From NCBI GenBank assembly GCA_051294375.1, contig CM119271.1:1482721-1546720 (forward strand): a stretch of DNA of 64,000 nt, written 5' to 3'. Source of the stretch: Paraspadella gotoi. Lineage: Eukaryota > Animalia > Chaetognatha. The position numbers and the translations under genes are program-made. This document shows positions 1 through 12,853 of the stretch, in pieces. The number at the start of each line of letters is the position of its first letter. The first letter of the stretch is position 1. Under the pieces are notes generated by a model. The model did no database searches and was not told the origin of the DNA. It was given only the letters and a program-made list of their open reading frames with translations.

Positions 1-124
1 GTCCCTTTTTGTTTTTCGCTCTCCGTTCATCATTGCTTTCGTTTTGGCTATCAGAAAAAAAACACAAAAAAAAAACAATCCGCGTATTAACAAAACAGAG
101 ATAAGAAACCGAGAGAGAGAAACG

Positions 125-1708
125 ATGGCGTCGAGTCGCAGCAGCCGCGATCGAACCAAGGCTTCGGAGAAGAAGGCCGAGGACAAGGACAAGAAGAAGA
201 AGAGAACAAAGAGCGGCTCCACCAGTGGCTCCTCTTCTTCCAGCGCCTCGTCGAAAGGCTCCAGATCCTCCTCGTCCAGCTCCTCGAGTTCATCTGGTAC
301 GGGAGGAAAAAGAATCCGCGAGGAGGGGGGGGGGGAGGTGGCTGCCTTTTTTTTCCTCCACTGGTTTACGTTGTTGTTGTTGTTAACAACTTCGCTTCGA
401 TAAAGTTTCCTTTTCAACGTCGAGATCTTTCGTAGTCGAGCCGAGCATAACAAATTGGCTCCATCAATAATTCAATATAAAAAACTATTCATTCACAAAA
501 TTCATAATTAAACTTGACTCCTGACTTGGGACTTTGGTGGGTTAAGGCCTCCATCCCTCTTAGTCTTACGAGATAATAACATTGCGGGACTCTGTATTAA
601 ATGCCAGAATACAATGGCGTGACTGATCCGAATTTTTAGTAAAACCAATACGAAAATCCATTCTTATTTATGTTTATCCTTCCTAATTGTCCATTTCCCC
701 CCCCCCAAGATTCCTCTTCGTCTCGCTCCCGCTCTTCCTCCTCCTCCTCGCGGTCGGCGGGACGCGGAGCCCGCGGCGGCGGCGCCGGCGCCAAGCCCAA
801 AAAGTCCGATGGCGCCGCGGCGCCCGCCGGCGACGTCAAGTCCTCGGAAAAGTCGGCCAAGGCTGACAAGGCCTCTCGGTCTCCTTCGCCGCGTCGGCGC
901 AAGCGAAGCCCGACGCCTCCGCCACGGCCGACCAAGATCCACGTGGGCCGCCTCACGCGCAACGTCAACGAGGAGCACATCAAGGAGATCTTCTCCGCCT
1001 ACGGAATCATCAAGAACATCGACATGCCCAAGGACGCCGTCCATCGGCATCTCTACAAAGGGTGGGTTTATTTATGACTTTAGGCTTTGTAGAGTACCTG
1101 GAATTGACAACTGATCTCATTTTTAACTTGGCATCCCATAATTATTACCCTCAACCAAGACTCGTCTTTACCTGAAGTGCAAACGTGTTTATTATTTTAT
1201 ATGTATAATGTAGTATTTTTCAGATTGTAAATTGTTAATTCCCTATGAGGTCATATTAATGTCTATTGTCTTCTTTCCTTCCGCAGGTTTGCCTATTTGG
1301 AGTTTGAGACGGCGGACGAGGCGGATAAGGCGATGAAGCACATGGACGGCGGGCAGATCGACGGACAAGAGATCAGCTGCGCCCCGATCCTAGCGCAATT
1401 GCCCAAAAAGTCCAGAGTTATGTCGGGTAAGTTTATAAATTACAAATTATTCAGGATAGTTTATTTGCTTTAAGGTCATTGTCGTTCACCTCTTTCCAAC
1501 AGGCCGTTCTCCACCCCGTCGAAGCGGCGCCGCGGGCCGCTACGGCCGATCCCCTCCTCGATACGGCGGACGTCGTCGGTCGCCGCCGCGGGGTCGGGCG
1601 CGCTCCCCGCCAGCTGCCCGTCGTGCCCGTTCAAGATCACGTTCTGGCGACCGGAAGGACAGGCGGCGCCGAGGACGCAGCCGATCCTCTTCCTCCTCTT
1701 CGCGTTAA
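125..1708 (+). CDS. RNPS1: RNA-binding protein with serine-rich domain 1 (EJC/ASAP component); exons ~125-296, 710-1061, 1287-1426, 1503-1708
   Basis: Ser-rich N-terminus; RRM KIHVGRLTRNVNEEHIKEIFSAYG...KGFAYLEFETADEADKAMKHMDGGQIDGQEI; RS-rich C-terminus ending RSSSSSSR*; GT-AG introns in phase; AATAAA near 1956. Confidence 0.93.
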
Positions 1709-2278
1709 TCGAACGAATCCAAACTTTTTGTATTTTCGTCCCCGATTTTTTGCGATCGGCTCGATCCGCGATACAAATGGCCGGGATGGAATTTTGATGG
1801 ATCCAATCTTGACAAAACGAGATCCGCGCTCTACGTTCATTTCGAGCGCGAGATCTCTTTAGTCGAACGGCTTTTGTAGGACGGAATATTGTAGTTTTAT
1901 CGTCGTCTATGAATTTCTCTGGCGACGCTCATTCGTCTTTATTTCACGTTAGTGTAATAAAAAGCGGAAAACTAACCTTTACTTAGTGTTTTGTAATTGT
2001 AATTCGTCAGTTAAATTTGATTAGGCAATTTGAATTTTAAATAAAGATAAATTTCCCTACATATTCAAACTCAAGTTTTGTCAGAATGTTTTCGAAAAAA
2101 ACGTAATTACATAACGTTGGTTTTTCGTTTAAAGAATTTTCATAGTTCATTTCCATGTTTCATTATTTTTCTTTTGTTTGATTCAGATCCTAAATTAGGA
2201 AAAAACTATTTTTTTATAACTTTATTTCGAAAGTTACTGTATATTTTGTCGACGTGGGAGAGAAAATCATCCGTCATC

Positions 2279-5200
2279 ATGACCGTCGAGTTAAATCTCA
2301 GGTGAGGACGGGATTAATAATGTTCTTACCAAGTTTGTTTTAAGATTCATTCAAAAGCAAGAAAACTTGCAAATGATTAATAATTTTATTTAAATTACCA
2401 TCTATTTAATTCCTCACTAGTTTTTCAATACTTTAAGGTATTTATCACGTACTAAATACAAATAGTATTGATTAAAATACAAATAGTATTGATTAAAACA
2501 GCGACGAGCCCGAACTGTCCCCATCCTGCGTGGGTCGGCGCTGGTTCCTCCGTCGTCGCCCCGGTCCTTCCCGCTCCAACGTCCGCGTCGCCCGCACCCT
2601 CGCTCTTTCTCCGCTCCTCTTCGCTCCACTTCCCCTACACGAATCCGCGCTCCTTCTCTTGACCGACGTCGAGATGGCGGCGCCGGCGCCGCACGTCCCG
2701 GCGCCGCTCACCGGGAAGCAGCGCCACCTCATCTTCCTCGTCGACTCGGTGTTCAAGGCGGTGGAGGCTTCGCTGGGAAGCGTGGACGACGCCGCCTTGG
2801 ACACTTCCGACGCCATCGAATTCCTCCGCCGTTTCCGCCTTCCGCGCGGCGTCGACGTGACCCTCGATTCCATCGACGCCGTCCTCGACGAGACTCTCCT
2901 CTCGCGAATTCTCCGCGACAAGTTCCGCTCCGAGACTCACGACTTGCTCGAGCGCTGGGACGTCTCCGCCACCGACGTCGACATCGTAGTTTATCACGCA
3001 CTCTCCACGCTGGCCGAGACGTGTCTCAATCCCGCGGCGACGCGATTATTCGTCGACGACGCCGCCGCTCCCTTCGCCGTCGCCGCCCGCCAACTCCGCG
3101 ATGCTGGGAATCGCGCCTTGCTCGGCTGCGAAGAGGACAACGACGACGACGACAACGCTCGCCGGCCATCATGGTCCTTAGACGACGACCACGAAGACGA
3201 TCCGTCTTTATCCTCTCCTTCTTCTTCCTCCCGGGTGGACCGCGCCGTCGCCCTTTACACGGCCGGCGTGGTCTCTTCCCCATTCGATCCTCGCCTCTAT
3301 CGCAACCGCGCACAGTGCTTCTTCGACTCGGCCCGATACGATCTCGCCCTCCCCGACGCTCTCCGCTCCCACGCCCTCTTGCCCGAGTTCAAGAGCGCCG
3401 GTTATTTGCTGGGGGAGACGCTTTATCGGCTTGGGGAAGTGGACGCCGCGAAGACGGTTAAGATTTTGAAAATTTTGAATAAAAACTAGTGGTTTTAAAT
3501 TAATTTGATTCATTACTTTAAATAAAAAAAACTAAGAGTAATTAAGCATTTTCATTTCTTCGCCCTCCTCAGGTGAACCGCCGCGCGGCGCGACCCTCCC
3601 ACCGCCTCGTCGACGACGAGGTCAACGGCATCGAGGATCTCGAGTCGCAGTTCGATCGATGGATCGAATCTGAGCGACGCGCCAAGGACTCGCTCGAGTC
3701 GCACCTCGAGGCGGCCACCCTCGCCCTCATCTCCCGCCGCGACCCGCTCGCCGCCGTCAACGCCTTCGCCGAGCGGACGACGTCGTCGACGAGGCCGGAT
3801 GCGCCGCTCTCGGGGTCTTAGCCATCGACTGGGCCGTCATCGCCTATTGCCGATGCTTGGCCTACGTCGAGTCTGCTATTCCTTATTACATCGAGTGCGC
3901 CGTGAGTTATGGGAGTTGTTTTTTTTTGGTTTTGAAGGGGAGAGGGGGGCACAATGTTATATTTTGAAAAAGGGCCTCCAGGTTGACGCCCTGCTCCTTC
4001 CTTCCGTGCCGTCCTATCTTGTATACAATGATCTATATTTTGAAATAAGGGCCTCCAGGTTAACGCCCTGCTCCTTCGTCCGCCGTATCTCGTACACATG
4101 TTATATTTTGGGAAAAAAGGGCCTCCAGGTTAACGCCTGCTCCTTCCTCGTCCGCCTATCTCGTTACACATGTTATATTTTGAAAAAGGGCCTCCAGGTT
4201 AACGCCCTGCTCCTCCTCCGTCCGCCTATCTCTCTCTCCTGTTTTCATCGTTTGCGCAATGGTTATGGATCATGCCAACATCCCACCCACTCCGATTTGG
4301 TTTATCACCAATTTACAATTCAATATACTCTAGAAAATTATTTTAAATCTTTTACTTTTTAGTTTGAATTTAATAATGACATCAATCCTTATAAAATTAT
4401 GAATATTTATATCATTCAGACATAAACTTTTGTATTGATTTCTAAGGCATAATTTTTGTTTCGCTATTAAATCTTTTAAACAAATATTTTTTTAAGAAAT
4501 AGATTATTATAAGCTACAATATGCAAATAAGACTCACTTCTTATGCTTGTCCACTGGATGGACTCACTGGCCTTAGCAAATTTTATAAAGTTTTTTACAG
4601 AATTTAGCACTTCTAGTACAATTAGGTCCCCTCATATGCTACTAATTTTTTTCTATCTTTTGTTTTTGAAAATCGATCAATAAGTGCTTGCAACTCTTTC
4701 AAATTGCAAACAAACTACGTTCTTTCTTTCAATGTTAAAAATTGATGTATATCTTAAAAATATCAGTCGGCTTAATCAATGATTTATACCTGCGTCAATT
4801 TAAAAGAGCGTGGAAACAAAGTACTTCCACTTTATACATACTTTATTCTTTAAAATATCCAAATAAAATACTTTTCCTAATTATTGATACGTTAAAATAC
4901 ACCCGAATTTCCGTCATTTTGTAAAGGTACATTTTGTATATATTTTCCCTTTATACTAACTGTTGAACAATAATGTAAACATAACGATATAAAAACAGAC
5001 TAACCATCCCAGCTGAAGTAACCCTGGGCTTTCTGATTGGCGTAAGTAGAGTATTAGTTTTTGAATTTTGTTCCAGGAGCTATAGAATATGTTTAAATCT
5101 GAAAAAAATTTGGAAACACAAATATAGTTTATATATGTACTTTTCTTTCTTGTGTGGCTTACAATTTGAATGTTTACTATATCTATCATTATTCTAACAA

Positions 5201-8200
5201 TAACACTAAGCTTTAATTTGAGACCTCTCCCAACTTAATTACGGATATTTTCATTATACTTGGAATTATAACGTGAAAAATTAAATTTTTTTTACAAAAA
5301 AAAATATTAATCATTAGTAGTACCTCTTCAAATAGAAATATTTTTTAAAAAATAATCATAAGATACAAAAATACAGGTTCTACTTATAAGGCTTTAAAAC
5401 AAAATGTTTCAAATAACAAAAGATAATATAAAACTTCTAATATGAAAAATAAATAAAAGCCAGATTATTAACTTTAGTTTTATTATAAAAAATAGATGAT
5501 GTTTAATTATAAAGCTTAATGCTCTAAAATAAAAATATACAGGTGATATATTATGTCGGAGTGGCTTTAATTCAATCTCATATCCACGCTTAATAAATTA
5601 TGTTATAATGATTTGTTATTATCCACTTATGAAAAAAAAATTCTACAATATATACTTAAATTATCAGAAGCTCACTCATTATTATTTGAATATATATTGT
5701 CTAATAAAAGAATGTGTCTTCAAAATATATAACAATGTATAATGCATTAACTTTTAATGACTTGAAGTAAATATATTATTACATATGTGTTTAAAAATAT
5801 ATTTTTAAATTTTTTAAAATAATTTTATAATAATTCATTATTAATTTAAAATAAATTTTATTTTATAGCCTAACAAGTAGAACTTGCATTATCTATTATA
5901 TATAGAACATATTTGTCTATCTTAATTTTACTTATAATTCAATAAAGAAAAATTGTTGAAAGTAGGAAGTTTCAAATTAAACCTATTATGCTTTGTAGAT
6001 AATGTTACGACATTATATAAAGTTATTCTATAGAACATTCAATATTTGTAAGCATAATTCACTATCACTACTAAAAATTATTGTTTATACAACAACAACT
6101 TTAATTTAGTTTTACTCAAAAATCCCTGCTCTGTTCGCATTTTGCTGACCCCTACTACATTAAGTCGCTAAAAAGAAAAAGAGTATTGATTATGAAAAAC
6201 CAACCTACCTACTCAACATAAAGCTATGAAATAAAAGTACATGTGCAATAATCATTTCTTTTCATTGTTTTTAATATTAAAAAAGCGAAAATTATTTTGA
6301 AATTGTTTATAAAGCCAATTTATTTTTAGTTTAACGCACAGGTATAGTATGGATCATGTTTCAGGGGCTAGTTGACTTCAAGCCTTCATCAACATTTAAC
6401 ATGTCCGTCTTTTAAATAAAAATAAATTGTTGTAACAATTTCAAAAACACTTTGCTTTCTCGAAAATAAATAAAAAAAGGAAAAAAGTAAAAAACGGACT
6501 GATTTAATAGATCCACAATTAAAAAACGCAATTCTAGTAGTTAATGAAGCTAGTAAATAAAAGAATAAGCTACTAAAAACGTTCTAAGTTCATATTCAAA
6601 TCAAAACTGTTAAAAATTTATTGAAGTGAGGTTGCTCAGTTATTTCATTCTTACATCAAATTAAAAAAATGATTGAAAATTAAATTTTTGTTATTTCTGG
6701 TAGAGAATTCTCATTACATTTAATTAATTCTTTTTATCTAAAAGCCTTTGCAGAGTTTTGATTTAATTATATTATTTTTTGCAAGATCTTGCTGTTAAAA
6801 TCTGATACGTCATATAAAAAGTAAGAAATTATCTATAATTTTTGAAACAGGTTATTATTCTGGATATCTACTTAAATTACATATTTGTAAGGTAGTTTTT
6901 AAAAAGTGCTCACTATGGCTGTTTTCCATATAAATTTTTTGGTTGAAAGCTGAGATTAAACAGGTTCTAAAAATGTTACCGGTTTATTCCGCATTCGTCC
7001 AATCTCAAATTATTAGACCCAAAATAATTTTAAAAAATCTGTTAAACCTGTAGCTTTTAGTCAAACTACTACTTTATAGGATGGGGAATGAAGATAAAGT
7101 GGGTAAATATTCTAAAATTAAAGATCAGAAAAAGATTTAACATTTTTTAATGATATATTTTTTTTAAAAATAATTTTTTTCATTAATAATAACAAATATT
7201 ATTGCTATTAAAAGCTGCATAGATAATAAAGCACTTAACTACTATGAGATTAAGTTTTAATTAAACATTATGGTGGACTGAAATTCACCATCCGTTCATC
7301 AGCGGCCATTGGTGCCGGAGGCAAGTCATTCGCCTCCCAACCCAAAGGTCCGGGTTCTAGCCCGGGTCGCCTGCAGTTGGGAGGGACGGGGCGCTTGACC
7401 CGCCTGTAACATGGTGTTACAGCCTGATCCGAGCTCAGGGACTGCTTATGTTGAACGGTTCTATCACTAACTCATAACAATTATCACTGTCTCTTCAACA
7501 TCATATATTTTTTATAATAAAATAAAGTTAATAATCTGTTTTATTTATTTTTAATTAGAATTTTATATTATTTTTTATTTTAAACATTTGTTTAAAGCCT
7601 TATAAGTAGAACTGTATTTTTGTATCTTTATTTTTTAAAAAATATTCTATTTGAAGTACTAATTGATTAATCTTTTTTTTAAAAAAAATTTAATTTTTAC
7701 GTATAATTCAATAATGAAAAATCGTAAAAAGTTGGGAGAGGTCTCAAATTAAAGCTTATGTTTTGTAGATAATGATAGATGTATAAAACATTCAAATTGT
7801 AAGCACACAGAAAAAAATAATATATAAATATTTTTTCAAATTTTTTTCAAGATTTAACAATTCATAGCTCCTGAACAAAATTAAAAAACTAATACCTACT
7901 TACGCCAATAGAAAGCCCAAGGTTTACTCTAGAGGATTTAGTCTGTTTTATACCTATTTACATTATTTCAAAGTTATAAAGGGAAAATAAAAAAATGTGA
8001 CTTAAAAATGCTGAGAATTCGGTTTTTTAAACATCAATAATTGGAAAAAGTATTTTTTGGATTTTTAAAATAAAGTATGTAAAATGAAGTATTTTTCCGC
8101 TCTTTAAATTGACGCAGGTTAAATTTGATTCCGACTGATATTTTTTAAGATATCTATCATTTTTTAATGAAAAAAACGTTTTTTTGCAAATTTTGAAGAG

Positions 8201-8899
8201 TTGCAAGCACTTATTGATCGATTTTTCAAAAACAAAGATAGAAAAAATTAGTAGCATATAGGGACTAATTTGTACTATAGTGCTAAATTCTGTAAAAACT
8301 TTATAAAATTTGCTAAGGCCTATGGATCACTGATTGTCCATTTCTCTTATTTCCACATTCGTCAGGTTAACTCTCAGAATTATTAAATATTGTAAAATAT
8401 AAGAGTCGGACAAAAAATCTTAAAAGAATGGATCGAGCCTCCCTTCAATAATAACCAAATATTGATGCGATGATAACCAAAGGATTGATGCGATGATAAC
8501 CAAATGATTGATGCGATGATAACCAAATATTGATGCGATGATAACCAATAATTGATGCGATGATAACCAAATGATCGATGTGATGATAACCAAATGATTG
8601 ATGTGATAATAACCAATATGGTTGATGCGATTGATAGTCATTCATTGATGTGATTATAATCCATTCATCATAAATAAAACAAACAATGCGTGTATGAGTG
8701 AAAGAGAGAGAGAGAAGAGAGAGAAAGAAAGAGAAAAGAAAGAAAGAGAGAGAGAAAGAAAGAGAATAAATCCAAGAAAATCTCGGATGTAAATTTGGGA
8801 TTTTGCATTGAGAAAGCGTGGAATAATTGGCGATAATAAAAGTTTTAAAAGGAAAAAAATAATCAAATTTTTCAAAAACGATCACGCAAGAGATCGTAC

Positions 8900-8932
<33 letters not shown>

Positions 8933-11227
8933 CAGAAAGAGAAAGAGAGAGAGAGACAGAGAGAGAGAGAAGAAAGAGAGAAACAATCAGACACAAACGT
9001 TGTCATGGTGGATGATAAGACAGACAACGATGACGACGAAGACTATTAAAACGATGACATTGAAGACAATGTGGAAGAAGAGAAAAAGAGAAAAGAAAAG
9101 GACAATGACAGAAACGATGCGGACTTTAAGACGACAAATATCGCAAACTTATAAAACAGAACTGTAATTCAAATGTGTTGCGCGCAGTGACTACCTTATC
9201 GCGTGTATTCTCGTGACATGACATTGACGTGACATGACCTTACGTGACATGACATAACTGAGTCGGTGCAGGCAGGCCAGATTCCGCCTGTTTATATTTT
9301 TTAATTCGGATATCTGATGGGTTTACTGGTTGGGCTTGTTACTCCATTTAAAACAGTAAAACGCAAAAATTCGCTTCAACCCTACATCAATGTAATCTCG
9401 GGCAAGCTGTTAAACCTAAATTTCTTTCCCTTTTATAAGAAACTGCCATAACACAAACTCATCAAAGTAAAAGTTGGAAAAAATTGAAAACCCTCGTTCT
9501 TTGCTTTGTTATTTTTTGAGCGTTGTAGGAGTAGTTCATTGGCAAGCTTTGTTTCTCCCTTAAAACACTCAAAAATCGCTAAAATCCCGCATTAACCTTG
9601 TAATTGTAGGACCTATGATGTCTGGACCTGTTATAACACCTGACATGTAGATCCTGTATACTAGTTTACCGACGATAAACCTGTAGAGTACTATAAGTCG
9701 AATAGTGATAAGACCGAATGGATTGTTCGTAACAGAAGAACTAAATATGAAAGAACACTGATGTCTGTCTAATGATACTGTTCTGGTAAAATATGAAATT
9801 AGTTCCTAGTTCTTTCTTTGTTATTTTCGATGATTGACTTATCAACTGGTGAGGTATATTTCTTTCTTAAAACTCAAAACCGCTAAAATCCGCTACAGAC
9901 CGTATATAGCCAAAACCTAATACTAACTAATAAAAGTGTTGTCAATTTTTAAATATGATAAACCTGAGTAAACGAGTAACTGCAAAAAAAATTCAATTTC
10001 AGGAAACGTAGTTAATTTCTTATATATTTTGAATCCATTTCATAATTTAGTACCTCATTGGCAAAATCAATTTCTCTCTTAATTTATGAATCGCTATTAA
10101 TCGCATTAACTGAGGATCAAGGAAACCTTTCTTGACCTAATGAAACCCATAGATATTTGTCAGATGTGATAAACCTGGGTAAACGAGTGACCTATAGTAA
10201 AAAAATTGTTTTTGTAATTTTTTTAAAGGAAAAATATGTGGACTAATATAAGTAAAAAATATATTACTATGTAGAAAAAAAGATACGCATTTGGATTTTG
10301 GATATGATAAAGGTGAGACGTCTAGCTTTCTAACGCGGTATCATGTTATTACAATTGACAATGATATGAGAAAATGACAGTAGAATTAAAGAAAAAAGTT
10401 TTTATTTTAGAGAAGTAAAAGAGAGGTCGAAAGATAAGAAAGAAAAGTTACGAATTTTTCGGAAATTTTTTGGTCAAAATCCCGCAAGATCATTTACTAG
10501 TCATTAAAACTATCGAAATCGAATTCGGTGACATGACCATTTTCGCTCCCTTCTGAAATTTTTATTTTTTTCTGGAGGCATGTATCAGCGTGGGGGGGAG
10601 AAGAGAAAGGAGCAAGGGCGTCAACCTGGATGTGCTTTTACAAAATTTTCCACTGATTTACAAGAAGGACATGAAAATAATAATTTGCGAAAAGTTTTAT
10701 TAATTCATTTTTAGACATTGTGGTATAATCCTTTCTTTTCGTTGTGTAATAATTATTAGAAAAGTTTGAAATGAATTTTCAACAACGATTTTATTTTTAA
10801 TAAAAAACGGACATAATGCTGATGAAGGCTTGTAGTTAAGCCGAAACATGTCCGTTTTTTATTAAAAATAAAATCGTTGTTGAAAATTCATTTCAAACTT
10901 TTCTAATAATTCATTTTTGAAATATTCTGTCGACAGGTGGAGACGATGAAAGAGACGCTCGACGATCCCTCCATTAAATTTCCCCTGGGCTTTTTGGCTC
11001 TGGCCAAGGCCCACCGGAAGGCGGGCCGATTTCGAGAGGCGGCCGAGTCGGCCGGTCGCGGGGCTGACATGCTCAGCCGGGGCGTGAGAATGACCGGAGG
11101 ATGTCACTATTGGCCGGGGTCGCAGATCCTCATCGAAGAGTCTCGTCCGGACACTCTAACGCGGGAGTTGAGGGAGATGAAGGCCGAGTGCGAGAGGCTC
11201 GCCGATTGGAGAGATTTCTCTAGATAG
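2279..11227 (+). CDS. Truncated TTC3-like TPR protein (paralog of the downstream gene, no RING); exons 2279-2301, 2502-3456, 3573-3901, 10937-11227; 1-nt frameshift near 3775
   Basis: TPR AVALYTAGVVSSPFDPRLYRNRAQCFF...ALPDALRS; last exon KFPLGFLALAKA...RGVRMTGGCHYWPGSQILIEESRP aligns with NYPFAFLGVGRG...RGVKITGGVSYWPGTEIVIEETRP of the 15218 ORF; splice phases consistent. Confidence 0.75.
3950..4235. repeat. Four tandem ~75-bp units (atgttatattttgaaaaagggcctccaggttracgccctgctcc); inverted copy at ~10590-10645
   Basis: Direct repeats visible; the reverse complement ggagcaagggcgtcaacctgga occurs at ~10609-10630. Confidence 0.8.
4569..8320. mobile_element. Foldback/non-autonomous DNA transposon with ~0.9-kb inverted arms (4569-~5524 and ~7246-8320)
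   Basis: ggccttagcaaattttataaag... at 4570 is mirrored by ...ctttataaaatttgctaaggcc at 8320, and similarity continues for ~900 bp; no ORF. Confidence 0.85.
7270..7497 (+). mobile_element. tRNA-derived SINE inserted in the right foldback arm
   Basis: A/B-box-like tggtgccggagg...gggttctagccc; close copy on the - strand at ~34333-34557; interrupts the inverted-arm homology. Confidence 0.75.
8446..8640. repeat. Minisatellite, 23-24 bp unit (ataaccaaatgattgatgcgatg), ~8 copies
   Basis: Tandem units visible directly. Confidence 0.9.
10751..10911. repeat. Perfect 64-bp inverted repeat (10751-10814 / 10848-10911) with a 33-nt spacer
   Basis: Arms are exact reverse complements. Confidence 0.95.
10815..10856 (+). 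ncRNA. Minimal type I hammerhead ribozyme (Penelope-like element type)
   Basis: AAUG-CUGAUGA-A-GGCUU(GUAGUU)AAGCC-GAAA-CAUGUC^CGUU: full core, 5-bp helix II, palindromic ACAUGU helix III, 4-bp helix I. Confidence 0.85.
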
Positions 11228-12853
11228 AATGAGAGAGAAATTTTAGCTCGTGTTTAATTAATTAATTTTTTAGCATGGAGCGATTGAGGCGACACAATGT
11301 AGTATTATTTCTTCAGTCGGGGCTTCGCGGTTTTTTTTTTTATCCCTGGAGAAAATTAAAATGCTTTGCTCTTTTTTTGGCTTCCTTCGCGAATCTCAGT
11401 TTCGACGTCGCGCGAACAGAATCGACTCAGGGTACAATTTTATTGGATTCCGAAGCCGAATCGGGTGGCGAATTAATTATATTGTAGTTTTTATTTGTTT
11501 TACGTAATAGATATTTACATTAGTTACATTTTAGTTAAGATTTTTTATCTCGCCCGTCTGGGTGTGATAATCGTTTAGAATTGCTTCTTTGTGCCGTCGT
11601 CGTCGGCGTTGCCTATTATATAAGAGCGATTACGGCTTACATTTTTTTTTACTTAAAAATTACTATGAATTATGATTGATTTTTATAAAAGTATGCTCTC
11701 ATAGTAAGTTAAAAATTTAGATATAGATATAGTTTTGATATGATTTTTATAATATGCAAATTAGAATATAGTACTTACTGCAGTATGTAAATTAATATAT
11801 TATATATATTAATTTGCATATTCTAATAAATCATAATATTGAAAAAATTCATACAAAAAGTATTAGATCCGTATGAACAATTGACAATTTAAAAGATCTT
11901 GATGATGAGAAGCTATATCTAAATTTTTATAAAAATAAAAATACACATTTTTACAACATCTAAATATGAAAATTTAAATAATTTTTAATTGTAAACAATT
12001 GTTATTTTTTTTCTTTTCTTTTTTTAAGTGTTGCTTCTGATCTGAAGCAGCGGTAGCCGCAGCAATTATTTGTCATCGTATCAATATCTATTACTATTAT
12101 TTCAATCAATTTATTATACATCTATTAATATCAATATTATTACATACAATCAATTATTATTACAACAATCAATTACTATTACATCAATCAATTCGTTATT
12201 GCATCAATTTTTTTTTTGATAGTAACGTCTGGCGAGATGACTATACTTAAGATTTTTTTAAACCTTGGATTATTGGCGATCTTCTTCCCGACCAGGCTTC
12301 TCGATCATTCCGTACGCGTCATTAATTCACTGCCACACTCTGTCCATTAACTCTCGTAACTCTGCGCAATCATATATATATTATATATTTTTACTATAAA
12401 AAAAGAATATAAAAAATAATGGTTATCTTATTCTTAAAAAATAACTAGGCGATAATTGACTGCCACTCCTCTTTCTTCCTCTCCTTTTCATTTTCAACTC
12501 TTGCAACTCGACAATCCCATCCAACTTTTTTCCTCCTCTTTTATTTACGTAACAACGCACTCGTCCACACAATGTCTTCCCGAATATGCCTTCCGTTTCT
12601 CTTCTTCCTCACATTTCCATTTTTTTTCTTTTTTGAATTACGATTATTATTTTCGTTATTATTTTCTCAGCGTTATAAAAATTCTAATTAAATAAAAAAC
12701 GAAACAAAGACGACTCGCATTTTCCTAGAAACTATGAGAACCGATCCCGCGAATTCGGGCTGACCTCTCGACCCCTCGACCACTCGATCCCTCGACACAC
12801 TTTATTACTTTTTAAAACTTAATCGAGAGAAGAAAAAAAATCGAAAGAAAAAG

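Noticed and set aside
7295-7380. Functional tRNA gene
   Set aside because: No clean cloverleaf; continues into a shared SINE body found again at 34.3-34.6 kb
8808-9167. Charged low-complexity ORFs (also 49245-50003)
   Set aside because: Derived from (GA)n and (GAC)n repeats next to a dispersed repeat motif (aataatcagatttttc...gatcacgcaagagatcgtac)
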